A DNA stretch of 64,000 nt from Camelus ferus (lineage: Eukaryota): the NCBI RefSeq assembly GCF_009834535.1, contig NC_045696.1, forward strand, positions 106,580,001-106,644,000, read 5' to 3'. Below, piece by piece: positions 1-13,929 of the stretch. The translations under genes were made by a program, and so were the position numbers. The stretch's first letter is position 1, and each line of letters begins with the position of its first letter. Below the pieces are notes generated by a model. It made no database searches, was not told the origin of the DNA, and was given only the letters and a program-made list of their open reading frames with translations.

Positions 1-319
1 ATTATAATTCTATTCACTTTCAAAGCAACTTGCAGAGAAAGTAACTAAACACTCATGGAAACAAGGCAACATGAGTGAGAACAAGCAGAAACACAAGACC
101 CTAGAAACAGACCCTCAGAGACTACAGATACTGGAATGATTAGAGCCAGAAAATAAAACAGCCATATGTATCATATGTAAAGAGACAAAGACAAGTCTGA
201 AAGTATGAGTGTGAAATAAGAACTCATACAGAATCTCCAGATCGGAAAAGGAACCAGACTTAACTTATAAAAATGGAAATACTGTGAGTATAATTTAAAA
301 CATAATAAGCAGTATAGCT

Positions 320-1020
320 ACTATGGAAAACGATCAGGAGATTCCTCAAAAAATTAAAAATAGAGCTAGAGCTACCAGAGGGTCCAGCCCTCTGACGTCT
401 GGGTATATGCCCGAAGGAAATGAAATCAGTATCTCGGCGGGAAATCTGCACTGCCACGTTCATCACGGTGCTATTCACCATAGCCAAGATGTGAAATCAA
501 TTTCAGTGTCCATCAATGGATACATGGATAAAGAAAATGTGGTATACGTAAATAGCAGATTATTATTCAGCCTTAAAAAAGAAGGAAAGCTTGTCATTTG
601 TGACACCATGGATGAACCTGGATAACCCTGTGCTGAGTGAAATAAGCCAGGCACAGAAAAACTAACACTGGATGATCTCACTCACATGCAGACTCTGAAA
701 AAGACAAATTCACTGAAGCAGCGAGTAAAATAAGCAGAGGGGAAGATGGGGAGATGTTGGCCAAAGGGTACAAAGTTTCAGTTATGTCAGATGATAAGTT
801 CCAGAGATCTAATGTATAGCACTGTGACTGTACTTAATAATACCGTATTGTATACTTGAAGTTTGCTAAAAGAGTAGGTCTTAAGTATTCTCACCACAAA
901 TGAAAAAAAAAAAAGAAAATAATGTTAGGTGATGGACATGTTAATTAGCTTGATTGTGGTAATAACTTCATAGTATATACATATATCAAAACATCATGTT
1001 GTACACTGCAAGTACACACA
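320..1020 (+). mobile_element. Old L1M 3' end (L1MA-like)
   Basis: Degenerate ORF2 end (ATGGAAAAC...GGAGATTCCTCAAAAAATTAAAAATAGAG) and 3' UTR motifs (GGGTACAAAGTTTCAGTTATG, GTATTGTATACTTGAAGTTTGCTAAAAGAGTAG). Confidence 0.85.
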
Positions 1021-1024
1021 AGTG

Positions 1025-1427
1025 TGCCAGTGTATGGCCCAGGCCTTAAGAGACAGGCAACTTCTACCCCTGTGTCTTGGAACACATGCTTTTGGAGTAC
1101 TGTGCTGTCACGTAAGAAGGTTGACAGCTTTGCTGGTGGAAACACACGGAGAGGCCCTGGTACCACATGGAGAGGAGAGGTGCCCAGGTGAGCCCAGCCT
1201 TCAAGCCGTACCTGCTAAGGACCAGGCATGTGAGTGAGGGTGTCTTGAATTCTCTACACCAGAATGACACCACCTAGTGATCCCTGTTAACATTACGTGC
1301 AGCAGAAGAAAGACCCAGCTTAGTCCTGCCTTAAGTCCTGACTCACAAAATTATAAAATTATACAATGGCTGTCTTAAGCTATTGAGTTCGGGTTAGTTT
1401 GTCACACAGCAATAGCTAACCAGGAAA
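1025..1427 (+). mobile_element. MaLR LTR remnant (MLT1H-like)
   Basis: CCAGGCCTTAAGAGA...CACATGGAGAGG body and MLT1-type end TTTGTCACACAGCAATAGCTAACC. Confidence 0.7.
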
Positions 1428-3254
1428 GCCATCATCAGTGGCTGTTAAAACTGGGACCGTGGACAGGACTGCTGAGAGCAAATCCAGAATACTAGGTTTA
1501 CTCTACAGGTCACCTGGAACAAGGCTTTGCCTCTTCCGCAGGGTAGCCCTTCAGGTAAGGGAAGATGAGAATCAGAAACTCCCCCGTGATGAACCACTCC
1601 AGTCTCTTCAAGGAACAATCCCCTCAGCTTTATCTTGTGAGTCATATTCCTTCTTTCTGGTTTTCCAGGTTTTTAAAATCCTGTTTATGATATGTTTTCA
1701 TCATCCCTCTGAACTTTATGTCATTCATACATGAACACTCAAGCATGGATTTCTTGCCTTATTTTTAATTTTTAACCCATTAGGCTCCTTTTTAAAGGAC
1801 ACTCATTAGGCAGAACTGCCAATGAGATTTTCCAACAACAATGACAACAAAAACTAAACTTAACTCTTCCACCAGCAGTTCTAAAGCCACTTCCTTAGAG
1901 CTTGTGACCAATGGAGAAAGACAAGGTCCCAGCATCCCCAACCCAGGAAAGAGAGGAGGGTGGGAAAACACTACACAAAGTCTTCGCCCGGCAATCCCAC
2001 CAGCTCCTGTGCAAAGGGGCAGGAGCTGTTCCCCAAAGGGAGAGGTGGGTCCCCGGAAGAAGGACAGGGTGCCCCAAAGGAGGGGAGGGATGCTGGGTAG
2101 ACAGAAACAACAAAGTCGACTATAGTTTCCCAAATATATTTGAGTCAAGATCAGCAAAATCATCATTTTTTTCTTGATGTTTATCTTTTTGCCATCAAAG
2201 ATCTACAATATTTTATGCTCCATTGCTTTTGCCTGGAATTGGACGAAAATGTCTTTCTTACTTAGGGGAACTTTCACAAAGTCTAAGGAAGGCAGGATGA
2301 CAAGGTGTTTTTGTTTTAAAGAGCAAACAATGCAACGTCTTGTCAGCGTAACCAGATGTGCCTTGGCTTTTGATTTTGCATATTCATTCAATTTCATTGT
2401 TCACTGTGATCTTGTAAGAATCTGGCGAAGCTTTGCAAGGGGATGTCACGCTGGCCCCATTCCAAGGAAATTAATAATCTTATTTCAAGCCTCTCTCCCT
2501 TCTCTTAGCTGTGGGCATCAAGGCAAGGCCACTGGTGTTCCCCTCTATGAATTACATAGTGGTTCAGGCCCTCAGGATTTCTATTAGAGAACATACTGTC
2601 TTTCATTTAAAAATTACCTCTTATGAGTATTATTCTCTGTTCTAAAAAGATGTCATTGTTTCACTCCTATTCGACACTCCTGTGTTCAAGGTCGCTAGTT
2701 ACCCTATTATTCAGACAGACACTCTTTTCATAAATTTTTTTCCTCAGTCAGTCTCAGTTCAAGGACTTACATGCTCAATATCCCCCATAAGTTTTGCCAT
2801 TTCTTCTGATGAAAACATTTCCCTTAGCTTCCCTTTCTTCAGTGGCTTGTGTGTACTTCAATGCCTCCTAATACGCTGCTGTGTGGAATGTAGGCAAGCC
2901 TTGTTTACCATGGGTTTTTTTTTGGGGGGGGGAGTGATGATTTTTCCTTATTTCTTCAGATTCAGCAATAATTTACTAAAGTTTATTAACTGATTTGGGA
3001 AACCAACTGCTTTCATTTAGTTTGCATGGAAAGAGTTCTCAGCTTCCAAGGGGCAAGAGATAAAAGTTTTGGGGGGAACAATAATAGAACATCGATTTGA
3101 GGATGATGTTAACCAAAGCTGGATTTTTGTGGGAAAAATATGGAAAGTGAAAGGATCCTTTGGATCAAAATTTCAAAATAAAATCCAGGGTGGTCAGAAA
3201 TCTTGCTCAAACTAAAAGTGTATGTGTTACATCGCTCTTTTTTCCTTCCAGTTT

Positions 3255-3840
3255 TAGTGCGATGTAACTGACATACAGCCCTATATAGGTTTAAGGTGTG
3301 CAGCATTGTGATTTAACTTACGTCATGAAATGAAGTGATGATATCATGAAGTGATGATATCGTTAAATGATGACCACAATAAGTTTAGTGAACATCCATT
3401 ATCTCATATAGATACAAAATTAAAGAAATAGAAAACCTTTTTTTCTTGTGATGAGAACTCAGGATTTACCCCCTTCACTTTCATATATAACACACAGCAG
3501 TGTTAATTGTATTTATCATGTTGTACATTACACCTCTAGTACTTGTTTATCTTGTAACTGGAAGTTTGTGTCTTTTGAGCATCTTCATCCAGTTCCCCCT
3601 CCCTTAAACCCCCACCTCTGGCAACCATCAATCAAATCTCTTTTTCTACGAGTTTGTCTCTGAAGTATAATTGGCCTATAATACTATGTTAGTTCTTGTA
3701 ACACAACATAGTGATTTGATGTTTCTATACACTTCAAAATGGTCACCAAGATAAACCTAGTTACCACCTGTCACACACAAAGGTGTTACACAGTCACTGA
3801 CTGTACTCTCCATATTGTACATTTCTTACTGGTGACTCAT
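3255..3840 (-). mobile_element. L1 3' UTR fragment
   Basis: Antisense L1 3' motifs (GTGAACATCCATTATCTCATATAGATAC, CCCCACCTCTGGCAACCA). Confidence 0.75.
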
Positions 3841-4749
3841 GAGACTTCCACTAATGCTTATAGTAACTACTAATTAATGACAGCCTAGCATGTACTGCTT
3901 ATAACCATGAAAAGCTGCAATTAAAATCTATTTATCTTACAAAACCCAAGATCAGACAGCCAGGAAGAGATGGGTGTGTTTAATTCCAAAGTCACTTATC
4001 TTTGAAATTAAATAGTATGGACGGTGCTGCTTCACAATACAGCGGACAACGTGTGTAAAACTGATCTTTAGATCAGAAAGTAACCTCATGAGAGGCACTA
4101 TTTTTAATGAAATAGACGAAGTATTCTATTAGGGAAATATTGGAGGCATGACCCTCCTTGTGCTACCTATGGGAGCCATATATAATTTTTCTTGACAGAA
4201 AACCCAGATAGACCTAATAGTTTGAAGTGAGGGAGGCCTCTAGAATAAATACATAAAACAAAGGATTCCTCTCCTACCGTGCTACCGTCATTAGCATGCC
4301 AATCCTGACAGATCTTCATTATCATCATGATGTAAACCAGCCCCCACACCTCCTAGCTGTGTGAACCTGAAAAGTTACTTATAGCCTCTCGGAGCCTCAG
4401 GTGCTGCATCCATAAAGTAGAGAGGAGATTAGATGAAGACGGCAAACTGATATCTAAGAAACAGTTAATGGTGGAAGTAATAAAATATTTTAAGCAAAGT
4501 ACAATTATTCTCTTTAGAAAGATATTAAAAGATATCCCATTAATTTCTTCAATTTATTCAACAAACTGTTATGTGCCACGTACTATGTATGCGCTGAGAA
4601 TACAGCAATGACCAAAATAGCTCCTCCTCTTTTAGAATTAAGATTCTAGTGATAGGAGCAAGAGCTAATAAATAAGTTTTTTTAAAAAGCTGTCAATTGG
4701 CAAAAAGTGCCATGAAGAAGGATAAAACAAGAATTTTTTTTTAATGTAA

Positions 4750-5160
4750 AAGATGCAGTTAGAAATTTCTGAAATGAAAAACACAGTTGTTGAAATGAAA
4801 TGCTCAGTAAATGGGCTAAGTAACAGAGTGGCCAGAGCTGAAGGGAAAATTTGCAATTTGAAAATTGAAGCAGTACCTAAGGACCAAGAGACAGAAATAC
4901 AAAGAAAAATGAAGAAACACGAAGCATAGACTTATCAGGTCCAATAACTGTCCCGTGGGAATTTCAGGAGGACAGAACAGAGAAGAGAGAATGAGGGTGG
5001 TGGAGGACATAAATTAGACCAGATCATCCTTCCAGAGCTGAAGAAGAACCAGTGTCCTCAGATTCCGAGACCCTACTGATACCGAGCAGAATTCCTAAAA
5101 AGATATTCAGCCTGGACACACTCTGGTAGCATTTCAAGGGCATCAGGGATAAAGAGACCA
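4750..5160 (+). mobile_element. Ancient L1M/HAL1 ORF1-region remnant
   Basis: A-rich coiled-coil-type decay (GAAATGAAAAACACAGTTGTTGAAATGAAA...TTCCAGAGCTGAAGAAG), similar to 47550-47900. Confidence 0.6.
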
Positions 5161-5179
5161 CCCCTGAAACTTCATTTCT

Positions 5180-5720
5180 TCTTTCAATATCCATCTGATA
5201 ACCACTCATGGAGTGCCCTATGTATGTTACAGGCGGTGTTAGAGGGCCTGAGGAGCATGGTGAATAACACAGATGAGATGTTGGCCTCATGGGGCAGGGC
5301 AGGGCATCAGGCCAAGGTCAGCTTACCAAATACCTGAATATTTGAACCACCTGTGGGTGCATGAGTGGAAATAATCAGGGTGCAGAAATTGGAAGCAAGT
5401 GGGGATGAGGGGCTGCTTTAGGCAGATCACAAAGGCGTCCTCCGAGGACTCCCGAAACTGGAAGAAAAAGACCAGCAATGAGGAGACCAGAGGAAATTAT
5501 TCCGGGCAGGGGTATCAGCACGCGCTCAGGCTGTGAGGTGGGGAAGGAGTGTGTTCTAGGACAGGAAAGAGCCCGTGTAGGGAGAGCAGGGAGTGAGGGG
5601 AGGTGGAGAAGGTGGCTGAGATTAGGAACCCCGTGGAGATGCTCGTGTCTCTGGATGACATATTATGCTGCAAGGACTTCAGGGGGATGTGAGAACCACT
5701 TAAGGTGCTGGTGACTTATC
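5180..5720 (-). mobile_element. LINE-2 remnant
   Basis: L2-like motifs (TTCCGGGCAGGGGTATCAGCACG, GAGAACCACT). Confidence 0.5.
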
Positions 5721-7521
5721 TTATTTCTTCTCTGATGACAGTTCTGCATCTTGTATTAACCAGGCTAAGACCTCAGCCTCAACACCTGTCCTGGAGAACT
5801 AAGGAGAGTTTAGGGGTTTGCTGGGTGTAATGAGTGATTTGCCAAGCTCCTCTCTAATTTAACTTGCAATTTCCAGCTTAGAAGGAGGGTCTCCTGCCGG
5901 AGGGCACATGGACTGGGCAGCCTGGGGCACTGAAAGAGAAGGGCAGGGCTCTGGCCCTGAGCTGTTGGGTGAGAGGTGATGTGATCAGCAGCCAACATGA
6001 TTGGAATGGCCATTCCACTCCTGTCCACCTTTGGCTGCCCTGAAGCCTTTCTTGCCGTGTATGAGCTGGCTTGGAAGGTTGGTGGATGGTTGTGGGTGGA
6101 AGGTTGCACCCAGAGAATTGCAGAGAACAGGAAGAAGCCTTGTGCCTTCTTTCTGACAGTGAGGCCTGATACCCTAGTCCTGTCCCCATTCATATCTGCA
6201 GTTTCTAGAGCTGAAGTGGGCTATCGAGAATATGTTTGAGATGTATGGAGTAGCATTCTGAGTGTGGGCTGATAACAGCTCCTCACTTATCAGCAGTAAA
6301 TTGCATGCTTCAGGGCAGCAGTGGATGGGAGGTCTAGTGGACGATGAATTCCACGTTCTTTATCAGTAGGGCCTTAGCTGCTGAGAAGGAGTGACATCCA
6401 GGAAACTCAAGAGCCTGGGACTGGCCTGGGAAGGGGGCTGGCCGACACCCTTCATGGCTTCCAGAGACTCTTCCAGAGCAATCATAAAACAAATAACTCT
6501 TAGTCAGTGGTTCCAACTCCAGGGTGGGGTTGAGGCTTGAGAGAAAGTCCACTGGGAAGATTTCGAGAGGCTGAGAGCCATAGAAGGGAAACCCTAAGAG
6601 CTGTGCTCTGAAATGACCCAAATGATGACAAATCTGTGGAGGAGTATATCGGCATGTCACAGCTATAGGCTAGGAAAAATTGTCACAAAAACACTTGTAA
6701 CATGATAAGTAGGAGCTCAATTTTTCAATCCTGTAAAACACGGGGGTCACAATATTGGGAGCTTCATAAAGAAGAGTATTTTTCAGACAGTCATCACTGT
6801 CACAAAAAGCCCCAAAGTAAAGACTGTAGAAAAAGGTATTGTGCAGAAGTGGACGTTCATGGGAAAGGGAGATAATTAAATGACCACGGGCCATGGCTTC
6901 CTTTTCCATCTGTCCCTCTCGGCTCTGGCCCAAGACAAGAACTTCAGCTGCTCTTATTTGAGAAAAGGAGCCAATTGCCAAGTACATTATAGCCACGTTT
7001 GTATCATGAGGAGGTTGGTGTGGGTGGAGGTTTGGGTATTACTGTCCTGGAAAAACCATCCTCTGGTGCTGAGTGGGGCATGATGACCTCAGACAAAAGG
7101 GAAGCAGAAGAAGCTATAAGTAAGTGTGGATTCATTCCTGTGGGCCAAGGAGCGTTCAGAGGAGTAATGATGCCCCTCCTCAATGTATGTGGCAGCAGAA
7201 ACCTGCTCTCAGAGACAGGAGAGAGAGACAGAGGGAGAGGAGCGAGGATGAGGGGGCGAGGGAGGAGGGAGAGGAAGACGAAGGGTGAGGAGGAAGTGAC
7301 TGAAAACTCAGACAAGCAAAGGACAACTGGTATGCATTGACTTTTTTGTCTCTAGGACCTGACAGTCAAAACCTCTTTTGTCATGCAACCTAAGTGCATC
7401 TTATCAGCATTGGAAAAGTGTCTATTCTTGCATAGGTATCAGGAGAAAAATTCTTCTCTGATCAGATTTATTCCAATCAAAAGAGAGTCTTGGGGACTTG
7501 GTTATTATAGAGGTTTATTTA

Positions 7522-7692
7522 TTTATTTATTTTATATATATATTATATATATAATATATATTATATATATATGTATTTGCAGTGGGGAGGTAATCAGGTT
7601 TATTTATTTACTTTTTCAGTGGAGGTACTGAGAATTGGACCCGGACCTCGTGCATGCTATGCGCTCTACCATTTGAGCTATACCCTCCCTCC
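7522..7692 (-). mobile_element. tRNA-Ala-derived SINE (camelid Vic-1-like) with AT-rich tail
   Basis: Minus strand reads GGGAGGGTATAGCTCAAATGGTAGAGCGCATAGCATGCACGAGGTCCGGGTCCAATTCTCAGTACCTCCA...AAACCTGATTACCTCCCC, then a (TA)/(TAAA) tail; A- and B-box-like motifs present. Confidence 0.88.
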
Positions 7693-9752
7693 TAGAAAGA
7701 GTTTTATTTAGTGAAGAACAAATAGTCTAACAGTCTTCTCTATTATCCCAAAGAAAGGTACGACCCACTGGAGGCAATATGTGGCCCACAAGGAGGAAGG
7801 ACGCACTCCCTTCACTCTGAGTCTTGCTTTTCAGACCAGAGCCCGGCTGGCTGCCTGTGGACCTCTGTTTTCTGTTCTGCCGCAGACAAGACATATGTAT
7901 TAGCACTCAGCCTATGCCCCCCTGGTGGGGGGTTCCATGCAGTCCTAGCACCATGACCTTCACACAGAGGACACAGGACAACAGGCAGGGCTCCAAAAGG
8001 ACCCAAAGGGATTCCAACATCCCCCTGAGAAGAGGGTGCTGATGGTGGAGTAAGGGGCAGCTGGCTTTGTGTAGAGGTAGACCACCTCTCACCTCATCCT
8101 GTAGAAGCAGCAAGTGCCCTGTGAGAATTTGAATCTAGAGGCAGTAGCATTTGAGTCCAAGGGATCCAGATGGAGCATCTGTCTCAGGAAACAGCAGTAG
8201 CACTGAGGAGGTGGTGATGATACCCACAGGGAGGGAGGAGGAGAGCTGGGCTTCCAGAACTGAGGAGTAGGTTGTTTATTACAGAGGGTTCTGAGAAATC
8301 CAGAAAGCAGCTCAGTTAACTCATGATGTGCTGGGTGGGGGTGCCTGAGGAGGACATGTCTCATGGCTAAGATGCTGGTCCATGACACACAGTGGTGTTG
8401 ACTCAGGTGTCCGGTCCTTTTTCTCCCTGGGGATGGGAGAATGGGTATTGTATTTTTTCTAAGGGGTGTCGAGGTGTCCAAACTTTCCTAATATGTATAG
8501 TAACAGGAAGGGCCCTTTTGTACTAGGACTCAAGGTGGGGGCCAAGTCAGACCCTCCCCTGGCTGGCAGGACACCCGGGACATGCTTCCAGGTTAGACCG
8601 TGCAGTCCAGCCCTTTTTTGTCCCAGTCCAGGCTTGCCCTGGTCCCTGGTGTGACATCTTTGTATCTTACACGGTATAGACCATATCCTCAGAATGGAAC
8701 GAGTGGGAACCGACACAGTTTTGGCCCTGCTGTGAATGACCGTCAGTGCCCTGGGCATCCGCCCAGCCAAACGAGGGGCTTTATTGAACAGTGTGCGTCC
8801 TGATCACTAACTCTAAACACTGAATGCCTTGTCACACTTATCCTCCTCTGGGTGATTCTGGAAGCTATCAACATTTAGTGCAGGTTCTAATATAGGATCT
8901 AGCTTTGGTAGCAAATTTTATCATATTTGCTATGTCAGAAGAGTGACCAAGTTGGCTATAAAACATTCTTGCCGAAAGGACTTTTAAAGCAGCCCAGTCT
9001 GCTGTCTGTAGAGCACAGGGTGCTGGAGAGAGAGTGCTGGCTTAAGTCAGGTCCAAAAGCACCTTTCTACCTGGGAAGCCTCTTCCAGTCAAAGTCACAC
9101 TGTGGAATGTGTGCATGTCGGCGTGCTGGTTGGTGGTCTGGTAGTGGTTATGCTGTGTCTCTCTCTGCCTTTGCATGTAAGGTTCTTCCAGTCTGCCCCT
9201 CCATCTTCTCATTTTACAGAAAAATTCAAACAGCTCTTTCCCTTGACTTCTCTTGTTGATATTTAGGGAAGACTTGTGTTCCTGCCACCTTCTTTGCACC
9301 CCAGAGAGGGAAGAGGAGCCCTGAGGGAGGCTGGGCCCATGGGCACTGCTGGACTGTGGTGCTGGGGGTTGGGGACTAGGAGAAGGCTAGGACCCTCCTC
9401 ACCCAAGTGATGGTGGGTGCATTTGCTTCAGTTGGCCCCTTTGTGAAGCTCTGCAATGAATGGGCTTTGGTGAGAAACCCTCTTCCCCCCTCGCATTTCC
9501 TCTGCGTTGCTTCTTCTTGCCATGAAGGGGCCCACTGTGGAGGGCCAGGGACTGGGGGCAAGGAGCTGGGGAGGCCACCTGGCTGGCTGGGGCCCAGGCA
9601 CAAAGGCTGCATGACAGGCCCCCAGCGGTCTGGGCCAGCTCACAGATATGGCGTTCCAAAAAAGAAAATAAAAATGGTATCTCCTGCACTGATCCCTTGA
9701 GACAGGCTGCAGGGGTGATGGGCAGCTGTTGGGAACATCATTTCCCTTCTTT

Positions 9753-9932
9753 TTTTCTTTTTAATTGGCATATAGTTGATTTACAATGTTGTGTTAGTTT
9801 CAGGTGTACAGCAAAGTGATTCAGTTATACATATATTCTTCTTCATTATCATTTTCATTATAGGTTATTATAAGCTACTGAATATAGTTCCCTGCATTAT
9901 ACAGTAGGTCCTCGTTGCTTATCTATTTTATA
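9753..9932 (-). mobile_element. Short L1 3' end
   Basis: TTTTAATTGG...TTTACAATGTTGTGTTAGTTTCAGGTGTACAGC; degenerate TSD ATCATTTCCCTTCTTT (9737) / ATCATCTCTCTTCTTT (9933). Confidence 0.85.
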
Positions 9933-10249
9933 ATCATCTCTCTTCTTTCCGTTCACATCACCTTCCAGACCAACTTCCAGAGCTGATGTCTCATTTACCA
10001 GTGTCTCCCTCTGGGCTTTGTGCAGACTTCCCTCACATCGCCTGTCACTGAAGGTGGCAATTACTTTTTAATTGTATTGCTTCCCCTCTAGACTCTGAGT
10101 CCCAGAAGAGCAGGGTACTGGGTAGACTAGTGTCATCACTTGGTGATGCACAGTGCCCGTGGGGCCAGCCTCCCCTGGTGCTCCTCTTCCTTCTCTGGGG
10201 TGCAAAGAAAGTGGCAGGAACACATACCCACCTCCCCCTGCCCACCCTC

Positions 10250-10700
10250 TGCCAAATCTGTGTCCTTCCTGGAACCTTGCACTATGACTTTATTTGGAAA
10301 TAGGATCACTGCAGATATGAATAGGTAAGGGGAGGTCATTCTGGAGTAGGGCGAGCCCTTAATGCAATATGACTGATGTCCTTACAAGAAGAGACACAGA
10401 GGTGGACACGCAGAAGGAAGACGATTTGAAGAGACAGCGTCCTGTGATGATGGTGGCAGAGAATGGAGCGGTGCATTAGCAAGGCCAGGAGTAACAGGGA
10501 TTGCCGGCAAACCACAGAAACTCGGAAGAGGCAAGGAAGGATGCGCTCCTTCCTCACCAAGAGCTTTTGGAGAGAGGGTGGCCCTGCTGACACCTTGATT
10601 TTGGACTTCTCAGCCTCCAGACCTGCAAGAGAATAAATTTCTGTTGTTTTCAACCCTACAGTTTGTGACCCTTTGTTACAGGGGCCCCAGGAGACTAACC
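10250..10700 (+). mobile_element. MaLR LTR (MLT1B/C-like)
   Basis: TTATTTGGAAATAGG...CCCTGCTGACACCTTGATTTTGGACTTC...GAGAATAAATTTCTGTTGTTT. Confidence 0.85.
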
Positions 10701-12071
10701 CTAGAGTGGTGTCCTGGTCACAATAGTATTGCAGGTGCCCAAAACAGGGTCTATAATGGAGAGGCAAGTGTCAGTGCTTGTCAAAGATGAACCATTTCTA
10801 GAGACAGGGGACAAGGGACCGTATTGGAGGAGGAGAGAGCAGACACAAAAAGGCAGAATGCTCGCCTCTAGTTGCTGGCTCCATGGTTGGGATGCCCGGA
10901 AATCAGCGTAGATGGTAAGTACCAGGAAGTAGTGATTCAATGAGAGAATGAATGAATGAATTTGTGATATTGGATTCTCTCACCTTGACATCACCTCTCA
11001 AAGAATGATCAGTGGACCCGCCCGGTGGCGGGAAACGAGGAAACCCTCTGTGTACAAAACAGCAATGGGGCAGAACTGGGTCAGGAAACGAGACATGCAC
11101 AGAGGACTTGTAGAAAGTGTGGCAGTTCAATATGTCCCAGATTTCAGGGGCCAGGGTCAAGGATAAGACCAGCCTTGGTCGTGGAGTGAGGCAGTGATGC
11201 TGAGTGTCGTGTTATGCCTACTGCTCTGCCTGCGGCGCCCCTGACCCCTGCTGGGTTATACCCAAGCCCCAGAGGCTTTCTTCCCCATTTTAGCTCTGCC
11301 ACCTGATTCCTCCACACCCCACCCCAGCACGGCGGAGTCTCTCTGGGAAAGCAGGCTGGTTTTCTTGCAGCTGCGCCCCTGCCCCCACGCTGCGCCCCCT
11401 CCCCTCCCTCGTTGTTCTTCACTGGCCAGCCTTGTTTGCCGCCCAAGGACATGAAGAAGATATTCCTCCTGTTCTCCAGTCATTGTCACTAATTGAAATG
11501 GGAAGCAAGACAAGGCTCCAGAAGAAAAGCTTATTATGGGCTGCCTTGTTGGGAGAAAATGAATCACCTAAGCAGATAGGTTTCCGTGATCTCCGACAAA
11601 CCTCACTCTTTATTCTACACAACCCCGTCTAATTGTTCAAGAAAATGTTCATCTTATTCATAATGGAACAGCCATAATGTCAGTGTTGTGAAATCACTGA
11701 AAAGTTTATTCAAGGCTTGCTCCTAAAAGCCCAGCTATAAAGCATGGGCTTCGGAGGAGTTAATAGAATTGGCTTTCATTGAAAATGCATGGATAACAAA
11801 TTTCCGTAACACATATCCTTTTAAATATGCCTTTTGATAGAAGTCTGAATTGGCATTTGACAGATGCAAAGCACTAACAAAAGGGGCGAATCTCCCAGCT
11901 CTTCTGCTAGTCATTCCCCCGTGGCTGTGTCATCAGAGTCCCTGCCCAGCCTTCCATGAGTGAATGGGGCCTGGAAACCGCAAGAGTTCCCATGAAACCA
12001 AATCTTGCAAACAGGAGATATTGAACAGTTTCCTCAAAGTGTAAAACATAGGGTTGGAAGAGAAAACCATC

Positions 12072-12420
12072 TGTTTTAGTTCGTTTGGGTTGCTATCACA
12101 AAATACCCTAGACTGGGAGACTTACAAACAACAGGAATTTGCTTCTCATAGAGGCTGGGAAGTTCAAGATCAAGATGGTGGCAGATCTGGTGTCTGCTTC
12201 CTTGTTCATGGATACTCAGCTTCTCCCTGTGTCTTCACATGGCGGAAGGGACAAGAAAGCTTCCTGGGGTCTCTTTTTATAAGGACACTAATCCCAACCA
12301 TGAGGGTTCCATCCTCTTGACCAAACTACCTCCCAAAGGTGCCACCTCCTAATATCACCCAGGGGAGTTAGGATTTCAAAATGTGAATTTTGGGGGGACA
12401 CAGCTATTCAGACCATATCC
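12072..12420 (-). mobile_element. MaLR solo LTR (MLT1A-like)
   Basis: MLT1A-type body; 5-bp TSD CCATC at 12067-12071 and 12421-12425. Confidence 0.88.
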
Positions 12421-13054
12421 CCATCCCATGAGATAGAAGGAAAACACCCAGAAAGAATGGATGGGCCAAACAAGGCTGTAGAAGGCAGACTACCTTGTAG
12501 TGAAATTTCCTTCCAATAACTTACATCAGGGTGGAGGAGTCATAAGAAACTGAAGAAAAATAAACACAAAAACAGTGAGTCTGCTGTGTGCCCTTCTTGT
12601 GGACTACTTGGTAAGTACAAAGAAGAAGTTTAAGATGAATTTCTGCCCTCCAGAAGCCCACTTAGATTCTTTAATTCATTGAAGAAATAAATACTTTAGA
12701 GCCTGCAGCCATTGCAAAATGATCATTTATGTACAAAACTAGAGGAAGTTGACCATGAGTTTAAGGCAAATTCAGAAAAAGAGAAAACCACTGAGGTAGA
12801 GATCAGGGGAAATTTACTTGAAGACGTCTCCTTCCACCCCTTCCCCCGTCCTATACCTCCTCCGAGCTTCACCCAGGCCTGCCCTTCCAGAAACTTGGGA
12901 CTTGCCTTGTTGGGCAGTAAATGTCAGGGTGATTTTCTTTGCTTCTTTTAATGTTCCCAAATGCCACATGTCGCATTGGGATAACCTAGTTTTTCTCTTT
13001 CTGCTTTCCCACAATGAGGAAATGCTTGGTGGTTTAAAGATGACTGCATATTTA

Positions 13055-13515
13055 CTCCTCCAATGGAGGGGTGAGATCTAGGTTCCTCCCCTGGAAGTTC
13101 TGAGAGAGCGTTGATTCATAGACTATGGTAAAAATAAATACATAAATAAATATGGTGGAAGTGGTGCTATGCCAGTTTCCAGAGCCAGGAGTATTCTCTC
13201 TGGGAGCCCCGAGCTGCCATGCTGGAGAGGCCACAGTAGGTGCTCTGGTGGACAGTCCCAGCCGAGCCCAGCCTCCCAGCTGTCTCTTCTTAGACACAGG
13301 ATCAAGAATTAAAGCCATCTTGGACCCTCCAGCCCAGCCCAGATGCCAGCTGAACACCATCAAGTGACCTCAACTGATATTACCTGGAGCCAGTGAATTA
13401 TCCAACCCACCCTTGACTGAAATTCGGACCCCAGAACATGTAACATACATCATAAAATGTTGTTTTCAGTTACTGAGATTTGGGTGGTTTATTACATAGT
13501 AACAGATAACCTGAA
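13055..13515 (+). mobile_element. MaLR LTR remnant (MLT1G/H-like)
   Basis: TGCTATGCCAGTTTCC...GGAGAGGCCAC...GGGTGGTTTATTACATAGTAACAGATAAC. Confidence 0.7.
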
Positions 13516-13929
13516 AAGAAGCTTAAAAGCACCAATGGTAGGGGTGCTTCACTTCTCTCTGAGATGAAAACTTTTTTGTTTGCTTTTTCCCTTGGTGCTT
13601 GGTATTGACCTCAAGTCACTCATCAGGGGTCCTTTTCGGTGACTCACACCACAGCTAGAAGGCTACGCAGTGAGGGCGCTTCTATTGGAGGCTTCGTTCT
13701 TTCACTGCCTGGAGACAGATCCCAGGGCCAAAAGCTTAACTACACAATGGCCGGTGTGTATACGTTGTGTGTGTGTGTCTGCTTCTTGCTTGTGCGAGAA
13801 ATATGTTTCATTACCAGGCTTTATTTTCTGTCCTCAATGGACCCTTTCTCTTTTCCTTTTGGTGGGGACTGCGGATACCATTTCAAGGCAGAGCCCTGTG
13901 TTGCTTTTGTTTTTGCCCCATGGTTTGGT

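Noticed and set aside
1509..1554. Possible small exon (ctctacag|...CAG|gtaagg)
   Set aside because: The splice-like signals are plausible, but there are no partner exons or recognisable peptide; transcript data would be needed.
7914..7930. CTCF-like CCACCAGGGGGGCA on the minus strand
   Set aside because: An extra G breaks the core register; weaker than the pair at 45.2-45.4 kb.
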